Counted from the first letter of the stretch, positions 48,180-58,020 are shown. The stretch: DNA of 64,000 nucleotides from Candidatus Hadarchaeum sp. (GCF_038871235.1 NZ_JAVZIN010000004.1:47534-111533), one strand, 5' to 3'. Program-made: numbers and translations. The notes: generated by a model not told the origin, from the sequence alone.

Positions 48180-48730
48180 TAAATTTCTCCCTTGAGGAAC
48201 TAGTCAGGATTTACCAGGCAGAAAAGAATTCGCGCGAGTTGGTTGAAATATCCGATGACTTCTATCAAAGCGTCGGCGGGCACATCTCTAGGTTAAATGC
48301 CGAGATCAGCCGTTCTGATGTCGTGAGGAGGGAGCTGCTGGGGGAGGAACTCCGGAACGTTGTTTTCATGGTCCAAGAGATTTACTTTACTCGGCTCGTC
48401 AAAGCCATGGCGGCCGTTGTTCGGGGTCAGGTGCCCGCTCCGCTGATCGAGCGCGAGCGCTTTGCGTTTAGCGAGATCAGGCAGATTCTGGAAAAGCTCC
48501 ATGCTGAGCTGGTGCAGCCAGCCATTTCTGGCAAGGTTGAGGTCATCGTTCCAGAGCGGATAACGAACACCCTTTGCATCATGCTGTCCGACTTCCAGGA
48601 GAGGATCGTCGGCGCCGACCTGAAGAGTTACGGGCCTTTTGCTAAAGGAGAGATAGCCAGCTTGCCGGCGCTTAACGCTGAGATAATGGTGAAACACGGG
48701 CTGGCGAGGAGGATAACGGTAAAAGCCTAG
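48176..48730 (+). CDS. GINS subunit (Gins51-type)
   Basis: L..ISDDFY, RLVK, C-terminal IVGADLKSYGPF..G.IASLP..NA; follows priS. Confidence 0.88.
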   Translation: MINFSLEELVRIYQAEKNSRELVEISDDFYQSVGGHISRLNAEISRSDVVRRELLGEELRNVVFMVQEIYFTRLVKAMAAVVRGQVPAPLIERERFAFSEIRQILEKLHAELVQPAISGKVEVIVPERITNTLCIMLSDFQERIVGADLKSYGPFAKGEIASLPALNAEIMVKHGLARRITVKA

Positions 48731-48780
48731 AGCCGATATGCTTTTTGGGATGAAGTGCGGATGTTTGCGGGGGAAAAGAG

Positions 48781-49062
48781 ATGATAATACCCAAGAAGAT
48801 CAGGACTTACTGTCCTTCCTGCAAAAAACACACTGAGCACAACGTCGCCCAGCTGAAGAAGCGGGCGGCGCGACCGCTGAGCTGGGGTCAGCGCCAGTTC
48901 ACTAGGGTCACTGCGGGCTACGGTAGCCAGCCCAGGTCTGAGCAGAAGAAGTTCTCAAAAACTTCCAAGAAGGTGGTTTTGATGCTGAAGTGCACCGCCT
49001 GTAAAAAGTCACATCCGTACAAGGGCTTCAGGAGCAAAGGGGTGAAGTTTGAGGAGGGATAG
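48781..49062 (+). CDS. rpl44e: Ribosomal protein L44e
   Basis: [27 protein letters not shown]. Confidence 0.96.
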   Translation: MIIPKKIRTYCPSCKKHTEHNVAQLKKRAARPLSWGQRQFTRVTAGYGSQPRSEQKKFSKTSKKVVLMLKCTACKKSHPYKGFRSKGVKFEEG

Positions 49063-49063
49063 T

Positions 49064-49243
49064 TTGGCCGAAAAAAGACGTTCAAAGTTCTTAGTGGTTA
49101 GGTGCAACGAGTGCGGTAATGAGCAGGTGGTCTTCAGCCACGCCAGCACTCCCGTCAGGTGCAACGTTTGCGGCAACACAATTTCAGTTCCCCGTGGTGG
49201 AAAGGCCGAGATCAAGGCTACCGTTTTGGGTGCTGTGGAGTAG
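49064..49243 (+). CDS. rps27e: Ribosomal protein S27e
   Basis: [21 protein letters not shown]...CNVCG...PRGGKA. Confidence 0.96.
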   Translation: MAEKRRSKFLVVRCNECGNEQVVFSHASTPVRCNVCGNTISVPRGGKAEIKATVLGAVE

Positions 49244-49252
49244 GGGCAGATT

Positions 49253-50041
49253 ATGGTCAGGTACAGATCTGAGTGGCCTTCGGTGGAGGAGCTGGTCTTG
49301 TGCACGGTGAAGAAGGTCTTCCCCCAGGGAGCGTTCGTGACGCTGGATGAGTACGGTGGAAAGGAAGGGATGGTTCATATTTCTGAGGTCGCGTCAGGCT
49401 GGATCAAGAACATCAGGGATCATGTTCGTGAGAACCAGAAGGTGGTATGCAAAGTTCTCGCGGTCGACCCGGCGAGGCAGCAGGTGGATCTTTCCATCAG
49501 GAGAGTCAAGGACAGCGAGCGCAGGTGGAAGGCACAGCGGGTCAAGCTCAACCAGAGGGCCGAGAAGCTGCTGGAGCTGGCCGCAAGCAAGCTGGGCAAG
49601 ACACTGGATCAGGCCTATGAAGAGATTGGGTTTAAACTGCAGGAAAAGTTTGGCGATTTGTATTCCGCAATGGAAACGGCGGCCAAGGACAGCAGCAGCC
49701 TTGTTGGCCTTGCCGACGAGTCTTGGGTGAAGACCATCGCTGAGCTTGCCAAGGAATCCATCCAGACACCTTCTTACAAAGTCACCGGAAATGTGATTTT
49801 GAGTTCAACGGCACCTAACGGGGTGGAGATAATAAAGTCAGCGATGATAAATGCCCGCGATTCCGTCAGGGACGAGGACATCAACGTGGAGATTTACTAC
49901 GTTGGTTCACCCCGTTACAGGATTGAGGTGACGGCTCCTTCCTACAAGGCCGCCGAGAATGCGATGCAGCAGGCGGTTGAGATGATGATCGAGGCCGTGA
50001 CCAAGGCTGGCGGGAAAGGGGAGTTCCAGAGGTCGGGTTGA
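49253..50041 (+). CDS. eif2a: Translation initiation factor 2 alpha
   Basis: S1 domain with VHISEVASGWIKNIRD, VDLSIRRV, GSPRYRI. Confidence 0.96.
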   Translation: MVRYRSEWPSVEELVLCTVKKVFPQGAFVTLDEYGGKEGMVHISEVASGWIKNIRDHVRENQKVVCKVLAVDPARQQVDLSIRRVKDSERRWKAQRVKLNQRAEKLLELAASKLGKTLDQAYEEIGFKLQEKFGDLYSAMETAAKDSSSLVGLADESWVKTIAELAKESIQTPSYKVTGNVILSSTAPNGVEIIKSAMINARDSVRDEDINVEIYYVGSPRYRIEVTAPSYKAAENAMQQAVEMMIEAVTKAGGKGEFQRSG

Positions 50042-50042
50042 A

Positions 50043-50204
50043 ATGAGGATGAAAAAATGTAAGTCCTGTGGTATTTACACCTTAAAGGATCTGTGCCCGA
50101 GCTGTGGAGGGCAAACGATCTCACCTCACCCACCTAGGTTTTCCCCCCAAGATCCCTATGGCAAGTATCGCAGGATGCTGAAGAAACAGGCGGGAGTTCC
50201 ATGA
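50043..50204 (+). CDS. nop10: Nop10 (absent from ORF track)
   Basis: MRMKKCKSCGIYTLKDLCPSCGG...PHPPRFSPQDPYGKYRR. Confidence 0.95.
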   Translation: MRMKKCKSCGIYTLKDLCPSCGGQTISPHPPRFSPQDPYGKYRRMLKKQAGVP

Positions 50205-50962
50205 AGGAGACGGTAATTGAAGTGCTGATCAAGCCCCGGCTGAAAAACCCGGTTTTGATTGGAGGACTCCCAGGCATGGGCTACGTGGGTAAGTTGGCGG
50301 TAGAGCACTTGGTGGCGGAAATTAGAGCCAAGAAGTTCGCGGAGCTTTACTCACCTCATTTTCCACACCAAGCTGTTGTGGAGAGGAATGGCTTGATCAG
50401 GCTTCCGAGAAATGAGTTTTACTGGGCTAAGGTGGATGGGAGAAGCCTAGTCATCTGGACCGGTGACGCCCAGTCGGTGACTCCAGAGGGACACTATGAG
50501 ATCGTGGAGAAAGTTCTGGATTTTGTCGAGAAGCTGGGCGTCAGGCAGATGTTCACACTGGGCGGCTTTGCCACCGGGAAGTTTTCGAGGGCCCAACCCA
50601 AGGTGGTTGCCCTTGGCGATCCGGAATTGCTCAGGGATGTAGGCCCACTTGGAGTTTCCATAGAAAAAAGGGGAGGGCCCATCATCGGCGCGGCCGGCCT
50701 GCTGGTCGGGCTGGGAAAGCTACGCCGGATGCCGGGTGTTTGTCTGCTGGGTGAAACTCACGGGATGCTCGTTGATCACCGTGCGGCGCAGGCGGTTCTT
50801 CAGGTGGTGCTGAAGGTGCTGGGTCTGAACATCAGCCTGGAAAACCTGCAGCAGAGGGCGAGGGAAACGGAGCAAATGATTGAGCGGGTTCAGCGGGAAA
50901 TCGTGAGCCGCGAGGAGATGATGAAGAAACGTGAGGAGGAAGAGTCCTGGTATATCGGTTGA
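50201..50962 (+). CDS. PAC2-family proteasome assembly chaperone
   Basis: GLPGMGYVGK, TLGG, IIGAAGLL, CLLGET; follows nop10. Confidence 0.92.
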   Translation: MKETVIEVLIKPRLKNPVLIGGLPGMGYVGKLAVEHLVAEIRAKKFAELYSPHFPHQAVVERNGLIRLPRNEFYWAKVDGRSLVIWTGDAQSVTPEGHYEIVEKVLDFVEKLGVRQMFTLGGFATGKFSRAQPKVVALGDPELLRDVGPLGVSIEKRGGPIIGAAGLLVGLGKLRRMPGVCLLGETHGMLVDHRAAQAVLQVVLKVLGLNISLENLQQRARETEQMIERVQREIVSREEMMKKREEEESWYIG

Positions 50963-51023
50963 TTTCTTTCATCAGCTTGGTTTTTTCATTCTACTTAAAA
51001 ATTTAAACCAAGGGCGTGGTGGC

Positions 51024-52268
51024 TTGTCTGAGCTCAGGAGTTATGCTGCGGATTTTCACATTCACTCGAAATATTCGGGCGCCACCTCCAACCAAATGGA
51101 TGTGAGCACGATAGCGGCACAGGCCAAGCTCAAGGGGCTCACCTTTGTCGGAACTGGCGATGTCTTTCACCCCTCTTGGTTCCGGAGCTTGAAGGAGGAG
51201 CTGGTTGAGGTGGCCGAGGGGACGTTTGAGCACCGGCGTTACGGGACTAAATTTATTCTTACAGCCGAGGTCGAGGATAGGAACCGCGTGCATCATGTCA
51301 TCATTTTACCCTCCTTCTCCACGGTTGAGAGCGTTCGCGAGAAGCTGGCCAAGCATTCCAAGGATATCGACAGTGATGGCAGGGCACACATCGAGCTGAG
51401 CGCTCAGGAGATTGCCGAGATCGTGACTGCCCACGACTGCCTGATCGGGCCTTCGCACGCCTTCACACCTTGGACTAGCGTCTACAAGGAGTTTGACAGC
51501 CTTAGGGATTGCTATGGTGATAAGCTCAGCGCGGTCAGCTTTCTTGAGTTGGGGCTGAGCGCGGACAGCGACATGGCGGACAGAATAGCCGAGTTAGCTG
51601 ATCTTACCTTTCTTTCCAATAGTGACGCTCATTCGCCTTGGCCTGACAAACTGGGCAGGGAGTTCAACCGCTTGGGGCTGGCTGAGCCTACCTACGCTGA
51701 GGTAATTAAGGCGATCAGGCGAGAGGATGGCAGGCGGGTGCTTCTTAATGTTGGTTTTGATCCTCGTTTGGGCAAATACCATGTCACCGCCTGTTCCCGC
51801 TGCTTCAAGCAGTTCTCAGTGGAGGAGGCTGTCAGGTTGAGGTGGAAATGTGATGACTGCCGGGGCTGGATAAAGAAGGGGGTCATGGATAGGGTGAATG
51901 AACTAGCGGACTATCCTGAGCCCAGACACCCTCCCCACCGTCCGGAGTACCTGAGGATAGCGCCACTGGCTGAGGTCATTGGGCTGGCCACCGGGGAGGA
52001 TCCTCACTCACCCAATGTTCAGTCCGAATGGGAGAAGCTGGTGACGAGCTTTGGTGACGAGATCTCGGTGCTGGTGGACGTCTTTCCCGAGCTGCTTCTA
52101 GAGGTCACCAGCCCGAGAATAGTAGAGGTTATAAAGTCGTTCAGGACAGGAACATTAAGGGTGATTCCGGGCGGAGGCGGACGCTATGGCCATCTGGAGA
52201 TTGGGATGGAGGTAACCAAGAAGCTGCCGCCGAAGCCGCAGAGGAAGCTCACGGAGTTTGGAGTATGA
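51024..52268 (+). CDS. Endonuclease Q (PHP domain, TIGR00375-like)
   Basis: DFHIHSKYS, HAFTPW, ELGLSAD, NSDAHS, GKYH..ACSRC...CDDC, PIP QRKLTEF. Confidence 0.92.
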   Translation: MSELRSYAADFHIHSKYSGATSNQMDVSTIAAQAKLKGLTFVGTGDVFHPSWFRSLKEELVEVAEGTFEHRRYGTKFILTAEVEDRNRVHHVIILPSFSTVESVREKLAKHSKDIDSDGRAHIELSAQEIAEIVTAHDCLIGPSHAFTPWTSVYKEFDSLRDCYGDKLSAVSFLELGLSADSDMADRIAELADLTFLSNSDAHSPWPDKLGREFNRLGLAEPTYAEVIKAIRREDGRRVLLNVGFDPRLGKYHVTACSRCFKQFSVEEAVRLRWKCDDCRGWIKKGVMDRVNELADYPEPRHPPHRPEYLRIAPLAEVIGLATGEDPHSPNVQSEWEKLVTSFGDEISVLVDVFPELLLEVTSPRIVEVIKSFRTGTLRVIPGGGGRYGHLEIGMEVTKKLPPKPQRKLTEFGV

Positions 52269-52438
52269 AGGTGGATCAGAATCTCTGTGTCCGGTGCGGT
52301 GGATGTGTGGGTGTATGTCCCTTTGACGCCATCGAGGCAACTGACGGCGTCGTCGGGCCGAACCAGAGGTGCACCGACTGTGGCATCTGCGCGAAGATCT
52401 GTCCTATGGGGGCGATCAGGGTTGAAAGAAAGCTATGA
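52265..52438 (+). CDS. 2x[4Fe-4S] ferredoxin (absent from ORF track)
   Basis: CVRCGGCVGVCP and CTDCGICAKICP. Confidence 0.93.
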   Translation: MKVDQNLCVRCGGCVGVCPFDAIEATDGVVGPNQRCTDCGICAKICPMGAIRVERKL

Positions 52439-53609
52439 TGTGGTCGTCGTCGGAGCTGGGCCAGCGGGATCGGTGGCGGCCTATTCAGCGGCCAAGGCAG
52501 GGACAAGCGTTTTGGTACTCGAACGCCGCAGGGAGATCGGGGTACCAGTGCAGTGCGGGGAGGCTCTTTCAGAGGATGTTCTCAAAGAAATGAATATCAA
52601 GCCTGATCCGAGCTGGGCGGTGAATCCCACCAACTCGGTAAAGATAGTTTCTCCTTCAGGTATAGCCGTTCGCATCTCTGAGCGTAGGGTGACGGGTAAA
52701 GTCGGCTACATCTTGAATCGCAAGGTCTTTGACAAATACTTGGCTCTCAGGGCTGCAGAAGCTGGCGCCGATATCCGGGTTGGGACTTACGTGGATGGTC
52801 TGATGTTTAAGGATGGCAAGATTTGTGGGGTTAGGGCCAGAGGGTTTGAGGGTAACCTTAAGGTTGAGAGTAAAGTGGTGATAGCCGCCGACGGTGTCGG
52901 TTCTAGGGTGGCTCGCTGGGCCGGGATGAACACGGCGATAAAGCTGGATGATTTTGAGAGCGGCGTCCAGTTCCAGATGGTGGGAGTTGATTTTGAGTCG
53001 CCGACAATGCTGGAGTTTTACCTCAGCAGCAAAATAGCTCCGGGAGGATATGCTTGGGTGTTTCCAAAAGGGGAGCATTTGGCCAACGTGGGTCTGGGTG
53101 TCTTGGGCAGCCGGGCCGAGCGAAGGGCCATTGATTATCTGCGTGATTTTGTATCAAGTAATCCCGCCCTGGCAAAGGGCAAGGTGGTCGAGATAAATGC
53201 CGGGGGCATCCCTGTTTGCGGGCCGCTGAAACAGACGGTGAAAGACAACGTTGTTCTGGTGGGAGATGCCGCCCGTCAGGTCAACGCCCTAACTGGTGGA
53301 GGCATTGATTCTGCCATGCGAGCCGGACAAATTGCGGGTGAAGTGGTGGCGGAAGCGGTCAAAGAGGGAGATGTCTCTGAGAAAAGGTTGAAGGAATATG
53401 ATAAGCGATGGCGGGAGAAGATGGGTAAGTCTCACGAGAGGTACTTTAAGGCGAAGAATGTGCTTTTGAGTTTAAGCGACCGGGAGCTCGACCAGCTTGC
53501 CGAGACGCTTTCCAAGGTGGACTTTGATAGGATCAGCTTAACTGACATGCTGAAAGTGTTGGTAAAGTCACACCCGAAGTTGCTATGGAAGCTCAAGGGC
53601 TTAGTTTGA
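52422..53609 (+). CDS. Digeranylgeranylglycerophospholipid reductase (GGR)
   Basis: GAGPAG, VQCGE, RKVFD, ADG, PGGYAWVFP, GDAA..LTGGGI; start reset to TTG 52422. Confidence 0.93.
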   Translation: MKESYDVVVVGAGPAGSVAAYSAAKAGTSVLVLERRREIGVPVQCGEALSEDVLKEMNIKPDPSWAVNPTNSVKIVSPSGIAVRISERRVTGKVGYILNRKVFDKYLALRAAEAGADIRVGTYVDGLMFKDGKICGVRARGFEGNLKVESKVVIAADGVGSRVARWAGMNTAIKLDDFESGVQFQMVGVDFESPTMLEFYLSSKIAPGGYAWVFPKGEHLANVGLGVLGSRAERRAIDYLRDFVSSNPALAKGKVVEINAGGIPVCGPLKQTVKDNVVLVGDAARQVNALTGGGIDSAMRAGQIAGEVVAEAVKEGDVSEKRLKEYDKRWREKMGKSHERYFKAKNVLLSLSDRELDQLAETLSKVDFDRISLTDMLKVLVKSHPKLLWKLKGLV

Positions 53610-53612
53610 AAG

Positions 53613-54713
53613 TTATCCTTCCTTTGGCAGTTTTTTCCACAGAATTGCGGCCGAGACCAAACCGATTAATCCGGATATCAGAAACGCTGAGGTTGGACCA
53701 AATGAGTCGGCGATGGCACCCCCCACGCCCGGGAAAACGCCCCAGCCGATTGACGTGACTAAGTTGAAGATGCCCATCAGGTAGCCCGCACCGCCACCAG
53801 ACTTGGAAAACGCGCTCAGGACAGAGGGATATAACAGCCCTTCCGCTATTGCGAGCGGAATTAGAAGTACCGTCAGCAAGATGGCGTCGGATGCCAAGTA
53901 GAGGAGGAAGAAGGTGAGAGAGACGCCGAGCAATCCCGCCAAGATAACCGGACGGTGGCCCACTTTGTCGGAGAGGGCGCCCATGGGGGTGAAGATTACT
54001 GCTCTGATCAGGACAAAGAATGTTATTAGTAACCCGACATCGAATGCCGACATTTTGAGACCAGATGTCGCATAGACGGGAAGAATGGTGTTGATTATCG
54101 CCACTGTGCCCACATATATCAGACCAGCAAAGCAAAGAGCCAATATCTTGGATAGGTTTGGCTTATCTAAGATGGACTGTGGGCCGATTTCAGGGATCTT
54201 TGTCGCCACCGCGGCGGAGGCTAGTGCTACCAATCCCCAGAGCATGAAGGTTATCTGAGCCCCTGCAACGGAGTAGCAGAAACCACCGATGATTGGGCCT
54301 AGGGCAACCCCGAAACCCCACCACCTGCCATAGGACCCCATCGCCCTGCCTCGGGCATCGATTCTTGAGCTGGCGATTATTGCCACTTGGACATTTATCC
54401 AGAGGACGGTTTCAGTTAGTCCCTGCAGAAACCTGAGAACCAACAGCCAGGGAATCGACGGGGCGAAAGCGTAGAGGGTCATCACAATCGCGGTGCTGAG
54501 GAAGCCCCCGATGATGAACTTCTTCTTCTCGTGTTTATCGCTTGCTTGGCCTATGGGCAGCGAAAAGATCGCGCCGAGAATCACATAGGCGACGCCCAGC
54601 ATCCCGATCTCAGTATAGCTGGCGCCGAGGCTGCTGGCGTAAAGCGGGAGGGCTATAGCTGAGCCACCCATCGCCATGGACATCAGGAAGACAGCAATCA
54701 TCAGCCAGGACAT
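53613..54713 (-). CDS. MFS transporter
   Basis: 12-TM pattern, G..SDK motifs in both halves, RFLQG. Confidence 0.9.
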   Translation of the reverse strand: MSWLMIAVFLMSMAMGGSAIALPLYASSLGASYTEIGMLGVAYVILGAIFSLPIGQASDKHEKKKFIIGGFLSTAIVMTLYAFAPSIPWLLVLRFLQGLTETVLWINVQVAIIASSRIDARGRAMGSYGRWWGFGVALGPIIGGFCYSVAGAQITFMLWGLVALASAAVATKIPEIGPQSILDKPNLSKILALCFAGLIYVGTVAIINTILPVYATSGLKMSAFDVGLLITFFVLIRAVIFTPMGALSDKVGHRPVILAGLLGVSLTFFLLYLASDAILLTVLLIPLAIAEGLLYPSVLSAFSKSGGGAGYLMGIFNLVTSIGWGVFPGVGGAIADSFGPTSAFLISGLIGLVSAAILWKKLPKEG

Positions 54714-54776
54714 ATTTTGTAAATGGGATTTTTTCCAAATAAATTTATTAACTCAGGTTCAGAAGGTCGCAGTGTG

Positions 54777-55460
54777 ATGATGCTGGAGACTCCCATTGTC
54801 ATCGTTAACTTCAAGACCTATCCTGAGGCCACCGGGGAAAATGCCGTCAAGCTGGCTCGTCTCATCTTGGAGGCGGGAAAAGACCATGGTGTTTCGGTGG
54901 CTGTGGCACCGCAGTTGGCCGACATCTATAGGGTTGCCTGTCGCGTAAAGATTCCCGTCCTTGCTCAGCACGTGGATCCGGTCAAGCCGGGTAGGAACAC
55001 GGGGTGGATAACTCCTGAATCGGTAAAGGCGGCTGGGGCCGTGGGCACTTTAATCAATCACGCGGAGCACAAAATTTCTATTGACCAGATTGCCAGTGTC
55101 GTGGCTCGCGCTAATGAGATTGGGCTGTCAACGGTTGCCTGCGCCGCCGACATAGAGGAGAGCCGGGAGATAGCCAAGCTTGGGCCGGAGATGATCGCGG
55201 TTGAGCCTCCAGAGCTAATCGGCACCGGGGTTTCTGTTTCTAAGGCGAAGCCTGAGGTGGTAACGAGGTCGGTGGGAGCGGTTAAAGAGGCCAATTCAAA
55301 GGTTAAGGTCGTCTGCGGCGCCGGCATAACCACCGGAGATGATGTGGCGAGGGCTCTGGAGTTGGGAGCTGAAGGGGTGCTGCTGGCTTCCGGAATTGTT
55401 TGTGCACAGGATCAGCGGGCGGCGATTGTGGATATCATCAGGGGCATGTTAAAGGGCTAG
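54777..55460 (+). CDS. tpiA: Triosephosphate isomerase, archaeal type
   Basis: VNFKTY, NHAE, AVEPPELIG, CGAGI, GVLLAS. Confidence 0.96.
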   Translation: MMLETPIVIVNFKTYPEATGENAVKLARLILEAGKDHGVSVAVAPQLADIYRVACRVKIPVLAQHVDPVKPGRNTGWITPESVKAAGAVGTLINHAEHKISIDQIASVVARANEIGLSTVACAADIEESREIAKLGPEMIAVEPPELIGTGVSVSKAKPEVVTRSVGAVKEANSKVKVVCGAGITTGDDVARALELGAEGVLLASGIVCAQDQRAAIVDIIRGMLKG

Positions 55461-55518
55461 CCTCAACATTCCAAGTTTTTAGCAACGTATTTTTTCTTAG
55501 AGATTTACAGGTTGTTGG

Positions 55519-55607
55519 GCCGCCGTAGCTCAGCTGGCAGAGCGATCGCCTTGTAGCTGTGGCGGGAGAGCGATAGGTCGTGGGTTCAATCCCCACCGGC
55601 GGCTCCA
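55519..55607 (+). tRNA. tRNA-Thr(TGT) with 13-nt intron (55556-55568) at 37/38; CCA encoded
   Basis: Body nearly identical to tRNA-Thr(CGT); CT-TGT-A|GCTGTGGCGGGAG|A; CTTG pairs with intron CGGG. Confidence 0.93.
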
Positions 55608-55654
55608 CTTTTGACAGTGTTTTATCCTGTAAAGTCCAGATTTGATGGGAGAGA

Positions 55655-56425
55655 ATGACGGAAGGTTATGTGGGTCAGATCTTCAACTCGTTACAGGGTG
55701 AGGGAATATACATAGGCAGACGGCAGGTCTTTGTTCGCTTCGCCGGCTGTTCGTTAGATTGCAACTATTGCGATACTGAAGTTTACAGACGCTTTAGGTC
55801 GACATTTTGTGAAGTCGAGACCAAGCCGGGATCAATGAAAACTAAACTGGTGAAAAATCCGATGAGTCATGAGCGGGTGCTTCGGCATATCCGACGCTTG
55901 GCAACTCCAGACATCCACAGCGTGTCGCTGACAGGCGGTGAGCCGTTGAATGCAGGCGAGTTTCTCGTTGAAATCGCCAAAGGCTGCCAGCGAGCGGGCT
56001 TGGCCACTTACTTGGAGTCGAACGGAGCCAGCCTCGGGATGATGAAAAGGGTCGTGGAGTACATCGACTTTGCGGCCATGGACATCAAGTTGCCTGAGCA
56101 CCGTGCCGTGCCGGTCAAAAGCTGGCCTAAGCTACTTGAGGAGGAGCTCTCCTGTATTGACCTGTCAATTAACAGCGGTGTGCGAACCTTCGTCAAAATC
56201 GTGGTCCTTCCTAACACATCTGAGAAGACGATTCTAAAGGTATGCCGGAAATTGGTCGAGCTGGGCGATGTTCCTCTTGTGCTCCAACCGGTTACTCCCG
56301 CCCGAAAAATAAAACGTAGCCCGACGATGGCGCAGATGTATCGCCTTTCCCAGGTAGCAGCCCGAGCTGGTGTGAAGGAGATAGCAATAATACCCCAGCT
56401 GCATAAGTTGATTGGGGTCTTCTGA
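55655..56425 (+). CDS. queE: 7-carboxy-7-deazaguanine synthase
   Basis: IFNSLQGEG, FVRFAGCSLDCNYCDT, LTGGEP, IPQLHK. Confidence 0.93.
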   Translation: MTEGYVGQIFNSLQGEGIYIGRRQVFVRFAGCSLDCNYCDTEVYRRFRSTFCEVETKPGSMKTKLVKNPMSHERVLRHIRRLATPDIHSVSLTGGEPLNAGEFLVEIAKGCQRAGLATYLESNGASLGMMKRVVEYIDFAAMDIKLPEHRAVPVKSWPKLLEEELSCIDLSINSGVRTFVKIVVLPNTSEKTILKVCRKLVELGDVPLVLQPVTPARKIKRSPTMAQMYRLSQVAARAGVKEIAIIPQLHKLIGVF

Positions 56426-56913
56426 TGCGGGTGGAGCTGACCGAGGGGCTGGGCTTCTCAGCCGCCCATTTTATCATCGGGCACAAAAAATGTGAGTATC
56501 TGCACGGGCACAACTGGCGGGTGGGAGTGACCGTGGATGGGGAGGAGGACGAACGCGGGCTGGTGGTCGATTTTTTGGATCTCAAGCGGATGATGGAAAA
56601 GATCTGCAGTGTCTACGACCACCGTCTATTGCTGCCGTCGAAGAATCCGGCGATAAAGATCGTCTCAGAGGGAAAATCAACTCGCATTGTCGTGCATGGT
56701 CGGGAGTTCGAGTTTCCCAGTTCTGATGTTGTTTGGATTCCGGCAGTAAACACAACCGTTGAGGAATTTGCCCGGGTTCTCGCCGACGAGATAGTCAAGT
56801 GTCTTTCCGGACGTCCTAACGTGAAAAGCATCAAGGTTTTCGTTGAGGAGTCCCCAGGTCAGAGCGCCACTGAGGAGCGCTTGCTGGGACCAAGGCCGCT
56901 GGAGGTTTCCTAG
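56425..56913 (+). CDS. queD: 6-carboxytetrahydropterin synthase
   Basis: FSAAH, CEYLHGHNW, VVDF, YDH, TVEE. Confidence 0.93.
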   Translation: MRVELTEGLGFSAAHFIIGHKKCEYLHGHNWRVGVTVDGEEDERGLVVDFLDLKRMMEKICSVYDHRLLLPSKNPAIKIVSEGKSTRIVVHGREFEFPSSDVVWIPAVNTTVEEFARVLADEIVKCLSGRPNVKSIKVFVEESPGQSATEERLLGPRPLEVS

Positions 56914-57338
56914 TGGACCCTGGAATTTATGCCCTTTTGATTTACGTACCCTATGATTTATCGTTGAATATTGGTCAGCTGGGCGCGATCGATTTCAAAC
57001 GAGGTTATTATGCCTACGTGGGCTCGGCGCTCGGAGGCATTTCGGCCCGCGTGCGGAGGCATCTGAGGAGCGAGAAGAAGTTGCACTGGCACATAGACCA
57101 TCTTCTGCTTCACGCTCGGGCCGTCGATGTCGTGGCGGCCCGCGGCAGGGGTAGGAAGGAGTGCACGGTAGCCGCTGAGCTAGCAAAGCATCTCCCCAGC
57201 ATCAAGGGATTTGGATCCAGCGACTGCAACTGTGAGAGCCATCTTTTCTACAGCCCGGACTTCGACGAGCTGCGCCGGGTGGTTTTTGAGGGATTCAAGG
57301 AGAGCGGTGTAAAGATATTCAAGTTCGGTGAGGTTTGA
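56913..57338 (+). CDS. GIY-YIG/DUF123 nuclease-family protein
   Basis: GIY...YVGSA, RVRRH, HWHIDHL, EC, FGSSDCNCESHL. Confidence 0.88.
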   Translation: MDPGIYALLIYVPYDLSLNIGQLGAIDFKRGYYAYVGSALGGISARVRRHLRSEKKLHWHIDHLLLHARAVDVVAARGRGRKECTVAAELAKHLPSIKGFGSSDCNCESHLFYSPDFDELRRVVFEGFKESGVKIFKFGEV

Positions 57339-57405
57339 AGACCTGTTTTTCTCGGAAACCTAAAATGTCTTGCTGAATCATAGTCGATTTTGGCGGGGAA
57401 GTTAA

Positions 57406-58020
57406 ATGGGCAGACGATGGCAGCTGGAGCGCCGAAGGGATCACTATTACCGTTTGGCGAAGCTTGAGAAGTATCGAAGCCGGGCCTCCTACAAGCTGAA
57501 GCAGCTGAACCAGCGTTACGGGCTGCTCCGACGCGGTGATGTCGTCGTTGATTTGGGTGCCGCTCCTGGTGGCTGGATGCAGGTGGCTCTGGAGGAAGTT
57601 GGTGAGGCGGGCTTTGTGCTGGGTGTTGATTTACAGAGGATTAAGGAGTTTCCCAATAAAAATGCCGTAACCATCGTGGCCGACATCACCGATCCCTCGG
57701 TTGTGGAAAAAATTAGTGAGAGAATACCCCGCCCTGCTGACGTAATCATCTCCGACGCTTCACCGTTGATCTCCGGGGTCTGGGATGTGGATCAGGCTAG
57801 GTCGGTGGAACTGGTGAGATCGGCTCTGAGGATCGCTGAAGAGGTTCTGGCCCCTGGCGGCAAGTTCTTGGCCAAGGTTTTTCAGGGCGCATTGATGGAA
57901 GATCTTTTGAAACAGGTCAAAGAGAAATTTGAATTTGTGAAGGTGTCAAAGCCCTCAGCGTCGAGAAAGGGCAGCGCGGAAGTTTATGTCATTGGGAAGG
58001 GGTTCAGGCATTCTCGATGA
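57406..58020 (+). CDS. rlmE: 23S rRNA Um2552 methyltransferase (RlmE/FtsJ)
   Basis: YRSRASYKL, DLGAAPGGW, SDASP, KVFQG, SRKGSAEVY. Confidence 0.95.
   Translation: MGRRWQLERRRDHYYRLAKLEKYRSRASYKLKQLNQRYGLLRRGDVVVDLGAAPGGWMQVALEEVGEAGFVLGVDLQRIKEFPNKNAVTIVADITDPSVVEKISERIPRPADVIISDASPLISGVWDVDQARSVELVRSALRIAEEVLAPGGKFLAKVFQGALMEDLLKQVKEKFEFVKVSKPSASRKGSAEVYVIGKGFRHSR

Noticed and set aside
38415-55609. About 41-bp direct repeat (tRNA 3' half) at 38415 and 55569 resembling attL/attR
   Set aside because: Both copies belong to complete tRNA-Thr isoacceptors, the enclosed DNA is core genes, and there is no integrase.
55655-57338. queE-queD plus GIY-YIG nuclease as a 7-deazaguanine DNA modification/restriction system
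   Set aside because: No dpdA/TGT-like gene in the window; preQ0 supply for archaeosine is the simpler explanation and DUF123 proteins are common in archaea.
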